Positions 22,895-34,704 of a stretch of DNA of 64,000 nucleotides are shown here, in pieces. The position numbers were made by a program, and so were the translations under genes. Source of the stretch: Asterionella formosa (taxonomy: Eukaryota); NCBI GenBank assembly GCA_002256025.1, contig NKIB01012442.1, positions 1 to 64,000 on the forward strand, written 5' to 3'. Below the pieces are notes generated by a model. It was not told the DNA's origin. It was given only the letters and a program-made list of their open reading frames with translations, and searched no databases. Each line of letters starts with the position of its first letter. Position 1 is the first letter of the stretch.

Positions 22895-25800
22895 ATGGAC
22901 GTTGAAGCACTGCATGTGACCCTACAGCAGTCCTTCAGCCCTGATGCCAGCCTACGTTCTCCTGCAGAGGAAAGAATCCGCAACCTCAAGCATGTGAAAG
23001 GCTCGACAGTCATGTTGCTGCAGGTTGCCTCCGAAAAGCAGGTTTGTGCTGACGTCACATCCGAACACTCTACATGGAGGCAACTGTAAAAACCGGTCTC
23101 ACCTTTTTGTTCGCCTTTTGATTTCAATGCTCAGGTGCAATATGAAGTTAGACAAGCCGCTGCTATTCAGCTGAAGAATGTTTGCAGAGAATGTTGGGCT
23201 GATCGAGTCGCTGTGATAGCTAACCCATTTTCTGGCCACGACGACGCACAGCCATCAACAAGTTTAGGCGAGGACGACAAATCAGCTGTCCGTGACAAAC
23301 TAGTGGAGGCCCTTTTGGCAGAGCACGAAAAGTCAATTAGAGATCTCTTGGCTGAAACCTTGCACACTATAACGATTCATGATTTCCCTGGAAAATGGCC
23401 AAGTTTAATTCCGACTCTATTGGACATGATTTCTCAATCCAACGAACCTACCAAAGTCCTCGGAGTGCACAATGCATTGTTAGCTCTGCGCAAGGTTTGC
23501 AAACGATATGAATACAAGAGTAAGGAGCAACGTGGTCCACTCAATGACATTGTTTTGAAGAGTTTTCCACTTCTCCTTCCCCTGGCTCAGCGTCTTTCAG
23601 AGCCATCCGTGCACAGCTTGGAGGCCGCCATGATGCTCAAGCAAATCCTGAAGATTTTTTGGAGTTCAACACAATTTTATCTTCCTGGAGGTGATGGTGT
23701 CAACCCATCCCCTGCTTTGTCGAATCCTCAGTCCATGCAACCTTGGTTTGATATTCTCTGCATGACTTTGTCAAAGCCACTCCCCGAAGCGAGCACTGGT
23801 CTAGAACCAGCAGGACAACCTACTGCGATCGAAGAGCGTAATGCATGGCCTTGGTGGAAGGTAAAGAAGTGGTCTGTTCAGATCATGTCCCGTCTCTTTA
23901 GTCGATACGGCATTCCATCTTATGCGGAGGAAGAGTGCCAGAATTTCGCTAAGCATTTTTCGCAGCACGTTGCGACACAGTTTTTGCAGCCCATTTGCGA
24001 AACGCTCAACCTTCGACCGTCGGGCCAGTTTTGTACTGACCGAGTTGTCCATCTCTGCCTGACATACGTCGATCTCTCTGTGGAGCTAGCACCAACCTAT
24101 AAAATGTTGAAGCCATACAGAGACTTTCTTTTGTACAAAGTCTGCTTTCCAACCATGTGCTTGACTCCTGAGGACATTGCGGTGTTTGAAAACGATCCCC
24201 ACGAGTTTGTTCATAGGCAAAACTCCCCACTTGCCGACTTCTATGATCCTCGTATGTCTGCTATCACTGTTGTCACAGATTTGGTTAAACACCGTGGGCA
24301 GGATATTACCGTCCCGCTTCTTGGTTTCATGACAGAAATCCTTCATCGCTACACTGCCGCTGATGAAAGTGCTAAGAATCATATTGAAAAGGATGGAGCA
24401 TTGCTCACTTTTGGATCCCTTTCCAATTATCTTCTGTCGAAGAAGAAGTACGCCAGTGACCTTGAAGGTTTACTAGTGACTAGTGTATTTCCAGATTTCA
24501 ATAGCCCCGTGGGGTTCTTGCGATTTCGTGCATGCTGGATGGTACAGCAATTCAGTGAGGTGAAGTGGAACGACGACGGTACCAATCTGCGGTCGCTCAT
24601 TCAAATGGTTCTTCAACGTTTGAGCGATCCTGCTCTTCCTGTTCAGATCGAGGCCAGCAAGGCGTTGCGCTTTCTTATCGAAGCGGACGGTGCTGAGGAA
24701 ACGCTGCTTCCTGTCTTACCTCAACTTTTGACTGAATATTTCCGAATCATGACAGAAATCGGAAATGATGAAGTTGTGGCCGCTCTCCAAGTTATTATCG
24801 ATCAGTTTGGCGATCATATTGAACCTCACGCTGCTGCTCTTGTGACTCAATTGTCGAACGCCTTCGACCAGTATTGTGCTGCTGGCGATGACGATGATGA
24901 CGATGATGCGGCTATGGCTGCTGCTCAGTGCCTTGAGTGCATAGCAACTGTTTTGAAGGGCGTCTGTGAGAAGCCACTTCTGTACAAATCTCTCGAGCCC
25001 ACCTTGATTCCGTTGGTTTTGAAGATTATTGGAAACGACGGAGATTATATTGAATATCTGGAGTGTGCTCTCGATATTCTCACTTTCTTGACTTTCTTTC
25101 CAGACGAGATTACGCCTGAACTCTGGCAGGCTTTCCCCTTGATTTACTTAGCCTTCGATCAGTGGGCCTACGATTATCTCAGTTTGATGGTGCCCCCACT
25201 GCAGAGTTTTATCAGCAAGGCGCCCCATATGTTTTTACAAGGGATTGCTCAGTTACCAGATGGGCCAGTCACATACATTGACCTTATTTTTAGCATGGTA
25301 GCGAAGACAGTCGCAAACGACAGAGCATCCGAGAGCGAGTGTCGCCAAGCTTTGGGCCTATTCTTGAGCGTTTTACACAGCTGTCCTGGTGCCATCGACA
25401 ACTACATTCCTGCAATCAACGAGGTTGTCCTTGGCAAGCTTGGCCAGCAAATCAACGAAGAATCTGCAGTCACTCGCATTGCTATCTACCAAGTGTTGGG
25501 ATCAGCGTTGTACTATAATCCTGGCCTCGAATTGGTTGAACTTGAGAAACGAGGTGTGATCGAACAACTCTTTGCGAAGTGGATGAAGGATGTCGAGTCC
25601 ATGGAGAAGTGGCTGCCAAAACGCTTGACCATTCTTGGTCTCACTGCGATTCTCAGTCTGCCTACTGCGAGCCTACCGCCATCGATTGCAAGTGCTTTGC
25701 CACAGCTCATTTCCGCTTGCGTTACCATGACTATCAAACTCAAGGCAGATTCGGATAAAAACCAGACTGAAGAGACTCAGGAAGATGGATGGGTTGATGC

Positions 25801-26179
25801 TGAAGAAGAAGAAGAAGAAGACGAGGAAGAAGAAGGGTTCGACGAAAATCAAGATGTTACAAATGAGATGGATCAAGCTTACAAAAAGGCTCTGAATGGC
25901 ATCTCCGGATGGGATGACGACGTGGCCAAGTTCTTGATGGGAAACCTGGGCGACGACGATGATGATTTCGATGACGACTTTACTAGTCCACTTGACTCTG
26001 TCGATGAATTGGTATACTTGAACGATACATTGCAGGCTTGTTTCGTCCGAGAACCTGAAGTCTATGCACAATTGCAAAGTGCGCTACCGCCAGATGTGGT
26101 TGCCAATTGCCAAATTATTTTCTCCACAGCTGACGCCACTCGTGCGCAACTTGCTCAACACCCCTCAGCTCAATCGTAA
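22895..26179 (+). CDS. IPO7: Importin-7/8 family karyopherin; exons 22895-23041 and 23135-26179
   Basis: IBN_N start (VRQAAAIQLKN), DFPGKWP, PWWKVKKW, RLFSRYG, FLRFRACW, LPVQIEA and an acidic C-terminal loop. Phase-0 GT-AG intron at 23042-23134. Confidence 0.92.
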
Positions 26180-26463
26180 CCTCAAATATACTTAATCATA
26201 TCATCTTTAGAACCAGCAAGTCTATATAAGTGCCAGTTTGTGAGTGTATTTTGCCCAAAATAGGAGCGGCTGTGCCACTTCGTCGCCATCCTACATTTTT
26301 ATGTTGGGACAGCAGTCATCCTATCTAGTAAATAATGAACCTTGTCTCTAAAAAATTGGAAGTTACACAATTAGGTAGCCCAGATTTATTTCGTGCTGTG
26401 TAAAATATTGAGGTTTGTTGTAGCTACAGATTTTTGCCAATTCGTAAAGGCAATCCCACATCC

Positions 26464-27501
26464 TCACCACACGTCCTCCAAAAGACTGTTGGTCATTCCA
26501 CACGGAGCAACTTCATTCATCATGTCAAACTGTGAATCTTCCAAGCAGATGCCACCCCAAGTATCCCAATCACACCATTGGCACGGTGATCCTTGAACAT
26601 TCATCATGTTATTGCATCCTTTTCTGTCCATGGTGTTGCATCGTGGCAAAAAGGAGGAGTGATCTTTCACGACTGGTGCATTTCCTATCGCAGTAGTAGT
26701 ATTCACCCAATTACACTTATAAACGGCCCCTTCCATGTTTTTCGCCGCCTCATCTGAAAAGCATATCCCCATTGGGATCCGCAACGTATTCCCGCACCAC
26801 ACACAGGCTGTACCATTCAAACCACAACCATCTTGAGAATGTTCCATGCAAGCCAACAAGTCATCCATGTACTTTTTTTCCGCAGGTTCGCCACCGCCAC
26901 CATCATCTGTCGCGGGAGGCGGGGTATCGTCTTCTTCAGGGGGAGGAGTATCATCGACCACGTTCCAGTCGTCATCTGATGGAGCAGGAGGAGCATCATC
27001 TGTTGGATCAGGTGGGGCATCATCTGTAGGAGCAGGAGGGGCATCATCTGTAGGAGCAGGAGGAGCATCATCTGTAGGAACAGGAGGGGCATCATCTGTC
27101 GGAGCAGGAGGGGCATCATCTGTAGGAGCAGGAGGAGCATCATCAGTGGCAGGAGTCTTGTCGTCGCCAGTGCAGTCGTCGTTGCATGGGCATGGGGGAG
27201 GTTTGGGAGCAGCATCGTCGTCTGGGCCTGGAGGAGGCGCTTCGCAGGTGAATACAGATCCATTCATATCCAATGCCCTAGCTGCAGTGACGCAAAGAGA
27301 AAACATCTTGTTGCGGCACCAAAAGCAGTCTAACTCGTGACAAGCGGCTGGATTTCCGCCTTTGAACATGCAGTTCATCAAGTGATCGTTCTTGTCACTT
27401 GCATCCTCGTCGTTCGAGGCGATCGAAGACCTGAGAAACCCGGGACGAGAGGCTGAGTTCAGGGATAAAATGCTGAGGAGAAGCACTGTAGTGAGAAGCA
27501 T
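26464..27501 (-). CDS. Secreted protein with three six-Cys (CxWC) modules and a Pro/Thr/Asp tandem-repeat linker
   Basis: Hydrophobic signal peptide MLLTTVLLLSILSLNSA, about 7 APPxP(T/S)DD repeats, and modules centred on CFWC, CVWC and CQWC. Confidence 0.8.
   Translation of the reverse strand: MLLTTVLLLSILSLNSASRPGFLRSSIASNDEDASDKNDHLMNCMFKGGNPAACHELDCFWCRNKMFSLCVTAARALDMNGSVFTCEAPPPGPDDDAAPKPPPCPCNDDCTGDDKTPATDDAPPAPTDDAPPAPTDDAPPVPTDDAPPAPTDDAPPAPTDDAPPDPTDDAPPAPSDDDWNVVDDTPPPEEDDTPPPATDDGGGGEPAEKKYMDDLLACMEHSQDGCGLNGTACVWCGNTLRIPMGICFSDEAAKNMEGAVYKCNWVNTTTAIGNAPVVKDHSSFLPRCNTMDRKGCNNMMNVQGSPCQWCDWDTWGGICLEDSQFDMMNEVAPCGMTNSLLEDVW
26970..27150 (-). repeat. Coding 24-bp tandem repeat (APPxPTDD)
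   Basis: The plus strand repeats CATCATCTGTAGGAGCAGGAGGrG about 7 times. Confidence 0.9.
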
Positions 27502-28531
27502 AGTAGTGGTGATGGCGTTTATAGAAGAACAATCACTCTATCCCAGATGATTCTTTGCTTCTGTTCGGTCTGATGACTTTGTTTCCTTCCCTAAATACTA
27601 AGATACTCAGTACATACAGAAGAATATTGAATACCGGTACCGCCGCTATTTCATTATGTATACCGGGTAGACATGTTCCTTACCAGGGTATGGAATAAAA
27701 TTAACGCACAGATCCAGTACTTGTTAGCTAGGACCAGGTACCAGGAACCTGGTACCAAGGTACCTGTATGTACGAGCACAGAGCATCAATCAAGCAGAGG
27801 ATAATATCAATGTTCAAGTCAGCATGCAAATTGCAATACCGGTAATAATCATCAGCCATTACTGGACTACCGGTACCTGGTACCAGTACCTGGTAGCTCA
27901 GGTACTGGTGTGTTGTAGCACATACCGGTAGTTTATTTATCCCAAGTTCTACGTGAACTGGTCGACACTCTTCAGCATCAGATCTTTGGAACATTTCCTC
28001 CCTGATTTCGCGAGTTGAAGTCAGAAAACACGACCGAATTAGCCCTGGTCATTGCTGTAAAGTGTGAAGGAGGATTTCAACGGACTTCATCTGCCTGCTG
28101 ATAGACTACTGTACATATGTGTGTAATATGTACAGTGCAGAACAGGACAGTTATACAGTGCAAGTATTCATGCCGGGATTTCATTCTGCTGTGTGTGCTG
28201 CCGTTGCGTGCTGCTGTTGTGCTTTTCTTCATGTTCGATGTCCTGCGCTCGTTGGTACCAGGTACCTGGTACCAGGTACAGTACCGGTGCTATGCATGCT
28301 GGATGTTGTGGTCACAGTAGGCCCCTATGACATGACGATATGTGTACCTATTAAATGTAGCTACCGGTACTCTACATGAAATTAAATACATTTGCAATTA
28401 TTCTCCATGATGGAACAAAAATCAACCACGAAGAAGAATCAAAAGTAAAAAAGAAGAGTACCGAAAAATATATAATAAGAACCAGGTGTCATTTCAATTT
28501 CAATTGTCAACAATTCAACAAGGCCAACAGC

Positions 28532-30211
28532 ATGCCGAAGTATCTTGCTTCCGCTATTTTCCTCCTCCTCTCTGTTTCCGCGAGTGCCACAAGCAGCAGC
28601 TCGTCGCTCCGTGGCAACACGGATGAAGCCTCGCCCTGCAACACGGCGAAGCAGGAGCGGACCTGCCATGACACCACGGACCAAGGCGAAGCGTGCCTCT
28701 GGTGCAAGTGCCAGGCCGTTCCGTCGGAATGCTTGTCTCCCGAGCAAGCCAAGCTCGTTCCTCCAGGGGTCTTCCAGTGCTCGACTCCTTCCAGGAACAA
28801 GTCCCTGAAGGACCGCATGACCATTACGGCTGACCCTGTCAAGGACGACTTGTGCGACACTAACTCAAAGTCGGGATACATGTCAGTAGAGGGCAGCGAA
28901 TACGACAAGGACGGCGAAGATAAGCACTTGTTCTACTGGCAGTTCGACAAGCGAGGATCAGACCCAACAGACGAGACCATCCCCTTCGTGGTCTGGCTCA
29001 CCGGTGGGCCGGGATGCTCCAGTTCATTGGCGCTCTTGGCAGAGAACGGACCTTGCGGGGTCAACGCTGACGGAAAGTCGACCCATCTCAACCCATTCTC
29101 ATGGACCCAAGTTGCACATGTGCTTTGGCTGGACCAGCCAGCAGGAGTAGGATACTCATACGGCAGCGAAGAAGACTCAAACGAAGCCATGATCTCGGAA
29201 GATGCATACTATTTCCTTCTCAAATTCATGGAACAGAACCCTCAGTACGCAAATAACCCGCTCTTCCTCGTGGGAGAATCTTACGGAGGGCACTACGTAC
29301 CTGCCATTACCCATCGCATTTGGAGAGGAAACAACAACGGCGACGGGGCTCACCTCAATTTAGCTGGACTTGCCATTGGAAATGGTCTCACCAAACCAGA
29401 GGAACAGTACCAGTGGTATGCTGAAATGGCATTCAACAACTCTCACGGCATCAAAGTCATTTCCAAAGAAGAGTACGAAGCCATGCAGGACATTATTCCC
29501 AAGTGCGCAGCCTTGATCAAGGAGTGCAATGCTGGTGATGGCGCCTTGAATACCTTTGCCTGTCAGACTGCCTTTGTGGTTTGCAATTCGGGGTTGGTGT
29601 CGCCCTACCAAATGACTGGACTGAATCCATGTAAGTTTGGTATTTATGAAATTGTAACTAGCATGGCAACCAAAGGAAATATGCAGGAAACACTAACCAA
29701 TTATCTCTCATCTCTTGTGTGTTCCCATGGCACAGACAATATCGAAAAACAATGTGGAGAGCATCCATTGTGTTCTGACTTTGACCCCCAAACGAAATTT
29801 ATGAACCTCCCGTCTACTCGCGAGGCATTGCACACAACCAACAAGTCGCACAAGTGGGAAGCCTGCAACATGGGAATCAACCTTAAATTCCACACGGACT
29901 GGATGAAGGACTTTTCACATTACGTTGCCGACTTGTTGGATGCTGGCATCCCAGCCCTCATTTATGCTGGAGATTTGGACTTTATCTGCAACTATCTTGG
30001 AAACAAGGCTTGGACTTATAAGCTGGAATGGAGTGGAAGCGAGGAATTCAAGGCGGCGGAGGAGCATGAGTGGAAAACTGGTGGAATGGCGAGATCAGCA
30101 AAAGGATTAACCTTTATGCAAGTGTACGATGCTGGTCACATGGCCCCGACGGATCAACCAGAGGTCACTTTGGATATGATCCATACTTTTCTGACAGGAG
30201 GACAATTTTAG
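28532..30211 (+). CDS. Serine carboxypeptidase (peptidase S10); exons 28532-29630 and 29736-30211
   Basis: Signal peptide, WLTGGPGCSS, DQPAGVGYS, GESYGG (Ser), GDLDFICN (Asp) and AGHMAP (His). A 105-nt GTAAGT...CAG intron gives NPYNI when spliced. Confidence 0.93.
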   Translation: MPKYLASAIFLLLSVSASATSSSSSLRGNTDEASPCNTAKQERTCHDTTDQGEACLWCKCQAVPSECLSPEQAKLVPPGVFQCSTPSRNKSLKDRMTITADPVKDDLCDTNSKSGYMSVEGSEYDKDGEDKHLFYWQFDKRGSDPTDETIPFVVWLTGGPGCSSSLALLAENGPCGVNADGKSTHLNPFSWTQVAHVLWLDQPAGVGYSYGSEEDSNEAMISEDAYYFLLKFMEQNPQYANNPLFLVGESYGGHYVPAITHRIWRGNNNGDGAHLNLAGLAIGNGLTKPEEQYQWYAEMAFNNSHGIKVISKEEYEAMQDIIPKCAALIKECNAGDGALNTFACQTAFVVCNSGLVSPYQMTGLNPCKFGIYEIVTSMATKGNMQETLTNYLSSLVCSHGTDNIEKQCGEHPLCSDFDPQTKFMNLPSTREALHTTNKSHKWEACNMGINLKFHTDWMKDFSHYVADLLDAGIPALIYAGDLDFICNYLGNKAWTYKLEWSGSEEFKAAEEHEWKTGGMARSAKGLTFMQVYDAGHMAPTDQPEVTLDMIHTFLTGGQF

Positions 30212-30408
30212 GTGTCGACACAACCTCAAAAAACGCATTTGGAATGGTCATACGATGCTGATATTCCATAGTAAAACATCAGAATAGACGAAAACATTTT
30301 GCTTTGGAAACGACAAGGGGCGACATTTTGTGTCCTTGTTCTTGCTATGTTACAAATGTGATATAAGAATTAATGGGTGGACGTATCTCAAAACAAGAAT
30401 TTGCACTA

Positions 30409-31066
30409 TTAGGCACTCATCATCGGGTCATGAGCAGATAGCAACGGTTGTGCAGCAGGTCCTAGTTCTTCCCAGGCCTTAATGTTCTTGCGTTCATTGG
30501 CATCATCTTGCAAAAAATTACAGCACGGATTCGTGGTGACATGTGTGTCATTGTCGTCGTAGAAAATCCAAAAGCCAATGCCAAGTCCAAGAATAACACA
30601 CAAGAACAATTCTAAGGAAAACGTCATGGTGGCAAGCATAAGGACATATCCAACGAATGCTTGAAGGCCATGAAGACCAGTGACCGACCACCGTCGTTGA
30701 GCCCCGTTGAGTCTACGGGATAGCAGGAAGCGTAACTTGGAAATTCCCTCGGTCACGACTGCGAGCGCCATAATTCCAATCATGGCAGCCAGGAACTTTC
30801 CGCGTGTGTCCAGCGTCCAAGCAGAGAAGAAGAGATTAAGGCAGGGTTGGTTGCCTTTCAAACTGAAACTGAAGCCTTCCATATACATGACCTGTAGTGA
30901 ACGGGGAGAAAGCATGAGTAAAGGACTGTGGCACATGCACAGTGGCTTCGAGGAAAGAGCAATTCGCAGATCAAGCGAAGTTGCATACCATGGCGCCGCC
31001 ACCATTGCAGAAAGGAGCGCCGTTCGCTGTGGACGAAAGGACGCTATTGCTATCGGATAATTCCAT
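30409..31066 (-). CDS. Ctr/SLC31 copper transporter; exons 31066-30989 and 30891-30409
   Basis: The spliced product MELS...FCNGGGAM|VMYMEGF has three hydrophobic helices, the MxxxM motif (MLATM) and GxxxG (GLGIG). 97-nt GT-AG intron. Confidence 0.88.
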
Positions 31067-31425
31067 TGTGTAGTTGGGAAAGACTACGAGAACAAAGCCG
31101 AATGAAGATTAATTTATGCGAGGCGAAATGGACAGAGAGAGTTAAGCAGCCGTGTGACAGTGATGGAACTCAGGAGACCAAAACAAAGTCACTGTGTGTG
31201 GGTTTCCTTGGATTCTTATTTTGTGCACCATGGATTATGACTTCAGTCCTCCCTGTGCAGGATTTGATCCGAAGAAGGCAGAAATCTACCGGTATGCTGT
31301 CTTCAGGTGTGACAAAAGACTATCGCACATACAGGCACTAGTATAACGGGATGACCGGGACAACATATTTACTGGTACAATAGCTACATATTTGTGCGGA
31401 TCGAAGATGGTATGCACGTACCAGG

Positions 31426-34252
31426 TGAGCGATCTTGCGCATATTTACAGATGAATATACTAGGGTTAGTGTTATATCATATATATCAGAACTCAATAAT
31501 GAGAGAACTCGACTAACCCTTATTGCATACTTTGGTGTCGACTTAGAGAAGAAGTTACACACAAGGATTAACAAATAAGCTCATATATTCAACAAATACT
31601 ACTACTTCTAGTTAGATACTACTTCACTTTGAATTCAAAAAGAGTCCAATTAGAATTAATAATCATGTTGATATACTGTCCTCTCAAGTTCCAGTGGCCC
31701 TGTTGATGAAGGATAACAACACACCAAACATCAAGATTCAGACCTCTTTGAAGTCTTTCAACAAAAATATGATCAGCAAACACTCAGTGGTGCTTCTTGT
31801 TGATTGATTTCAGTAAATCCTGTGATATTGCTAGCTAACACATATAGTACCTTCAGTCCAGCAGATTCCTTGCTTGTTCACCTACTGCTACAAACGATGA
31901 TTCACAGATATCGTCTTGTCTGACTGGATGAGTGTTGCAATACACCCAGACCCTCAGTCTCATAACAGTCTCAACAACAAAGTCATGGTGATGTGGCTGA
32001 AAGATTATTTCTTCATGATATCTCTGAGACTCAATTTAAGAGGATGCCATGATAATACTCAATAAAACATTTCAACATGTTCATGATCGACTTTGCTGCC
32101 TGTCTCAAGACCTTAAAGAAGGTCCTGAAACTCATGATACCTCATCAAGAAGATCAAGAGGTCCCCACAAAGGAAGATTTGAGGTTGATTCTCATTTTGC
32201 TTTATTGACAATGCGTGGCAGCAAGTGTTTGAATGGAACAATGAAAAGAACACAAAATAATTAATTCGCTTGGTTTAGACTTATTTCAAGAGTCAACAAT
32301 CATTCAACGATCAACTCAAGCACATCCTCAAGCATGAATTCTACCATAAACCGAAATCGACTTTGCATCGCTGAAGGCAGTCGTGTTATGTCGAGAGAAC
32401 ACGCGTGCCTGGTATCAATTTTCTACCACAAAAATCGTCTATAAATAGTTGAAGTTGAAGACAATCCCATGATGCATCAAGAAAACAAGCGTGACTAGTG
32501 TCAATTTTAACAAAAGATCGTCTTCACATTGCTGAATGCAGTCGTGTGATGCATCAAGAAAACAACTATTTCATGCGAAAAAAATGCGGTTCTACATGTT
32601 CACACTGAGCATTGTATTTGTATTTATAATACCCTACACAGTCACTCAACGTCTTCTCCAGTGGAGGCTTTATATTGAATAATATCTTCTTCTTACTTTT
32701 CACGATGTGAAGGGTACTGACAATGCTAATTAATACTGATTCTATCTCTCTCCTCCCGAGGCTTGAGTCTTTGGTGGGGGATGATATTGGGCCGAAATCT
32801 TCAGCATCAACATCCACTTCTACTTTCTCAATTGAATTAGATGATGAACCTCTGTTCATCTATTTCCTCAATCATCCAATCTTGGCAGCCAACATTCAAT
32901 ATTCAATATCCTTTGGATCATAATTCAATACATGGCTGAAAATTGATTCTCAATCAAACAACACAGCCATCTCATTCTCAATCAACAACTTCGGTTAAAA
33001 TTTCCCTCTATCAATTTTCATTATATACATTGAATAGGTTTTGTGAAGAATCCAGGAGATACTTGGCATATTGCTATTCCTACATCACTGTTGGATCTTA
33101 TCATTAATTGGTATCATCAAATGTTAGCTCTTGTGGGTATGACAAGATAAAATGCTACAATTTCTACACATTTTTATTACCCTCCATTAAAAGCAAGAGT
33201 GGAACATATTGCAACCCTCCATTAAAATAAGAGTGGAACATATTGCAAGCATGTGAAGCCTGTCAAAACATACAAAATTAACTGGTGCTGGGTTTTTTGG
33301 TGAACTCCCACCAAGGAATACATTGTTATTACAATGGTCAGAAGTCACAGTGGATTTCATTGGTCCATGGAAGAGAACAGTGGCTGCACAAACGATTGAA
33401 TTTCGTGCTCTAACTTGAGTTCAATACAGCCACCAAGTTACCAGAATTTTCACGTTTCAATAATAAGACATCAGAATATATTTCGATGAAATTTGAAAAT
33501 GATTGGTTCGACAGATATCACCGTCCAGAACGTTGTATACATGACAAGCAATGGAGGTGAATTTACTGGTATTCCTTTCACACACATGTTAGTGTTGAAT
33601 GGAATTTAAAATGGGACCATTACAGTCAAGAGTCCACAAACAAATGCTACTATCTGTGAATGTTTACATCAATCTATCAGTAAGAATGGTCCACGAATTA
33701 TGTTAAAGCCTCATCCTCCAATCAAGGAATTCAAGCTCAGAATATCATGGATACCCTTTTTGCTGCATCATTTGCAGCTCGAGCTACTATTTCTAGCATA
33801 TTGCCTATTTCACCAGGAATATGGCTGGGTTTTCCAACATGATATGATATTAAATATTCCTTTGATTACAGATATGCAATTGATTTTGGGATATCCATGT
33901 TGAAAAGTGATAATTGACAAATGTCTGTGTTGTGATAGTTTTCTATTATTCAAGTATATGCCAATGGTACAGATACTTTTCAACAAACCATGCATACTAC
34001 GGAACAAATTAATATTCATTGCATCAAACCTTCTCAAAGGTAAAAGATTTTCCCTTGGTGGTGTGGGAGAGTGAGCGATCTTGTGCATCAATACAGATGT
34101 ATATAGGGTTAGTGTTAGTATATCATTTATATCGGAACTCAATAATGAGAGAACTCGACTAACCCTTATTGCATACTTTGGTTACACACAAGGATTAACA
34201 AAAAAGCTCATATATTCAACAAATACACTACTACTTCTAATTAGATACTTCA
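31426..34252 (+). mobile_element. Degenerate, internally deleted Ty3/Gypsy-type LTR retrotransposon
   Basis: Direct repeats 31426-31626 and 34072-34252 with TG...CA ends, a 5-bp TSD CCAGG on both sides and a purine tract GGGAGAG before the 3' LTR. Integrase remnants (WYHQ, CEACQ, WSEVTVDFIGPW, ERCIHD.NGGEFTG) at about 33100-33700 carry stops and frameshifts. Confidence 0.9.
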
Positions 34253-34704
34253 CCAGGTAGTGTGACGTATTGTCTGGCGACAACGATACCGGTATACAAA
34301 ATGGCATGATGTTATATGATGCAATCGATTCTTCGGTCGATTCGAATCGAGGGACTCATACTGGGAAAAAGCGCGCCAAATCTTTGTTTACTTTTCCGTT
34401 GTTATTTATGTAGTAGATATGGTGTATAACACCATTGCTGCCATTGCTCCTACAGCATTACTATTGATTGATCAGTACATTTTAGACTTCGACATATATT
34501 TGCACAATCATACCACGTAGATAGAAAGGATATCAATGGAATCATATGACGACCAGCGATGCTGATGAGCGAGCATCAGTATCTTGATAGGTTTAGTATT
34601 TGGAGGTGGTGTCCCGTCGTTGACCAGCCATCTTCAATTCATTGAACTCATTTTCCAAGTTGTTTTGGTCTTGTTGTGCTTCTTAGACATATTCTGATTC
34701 GAAC

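Noticed and set aside
26970..27150. Regular repeats resembling a CRISPR array, and the antisense Gly/Ser/Ala ORF 26846-27340
   Set aside because: There are no unique spacers. This is a coding 24-bp tandem repeat, and the plus-strand ORF is its shadow.
29631..29735. The 611-aa ORF reads through this segment without a stop
   Set aside because: It has canonical GTAAGT, CTAAC and CAG signals, and splicing restores the NPY motif. It is an ordinary intron whose length happens to be a multiple of 3.
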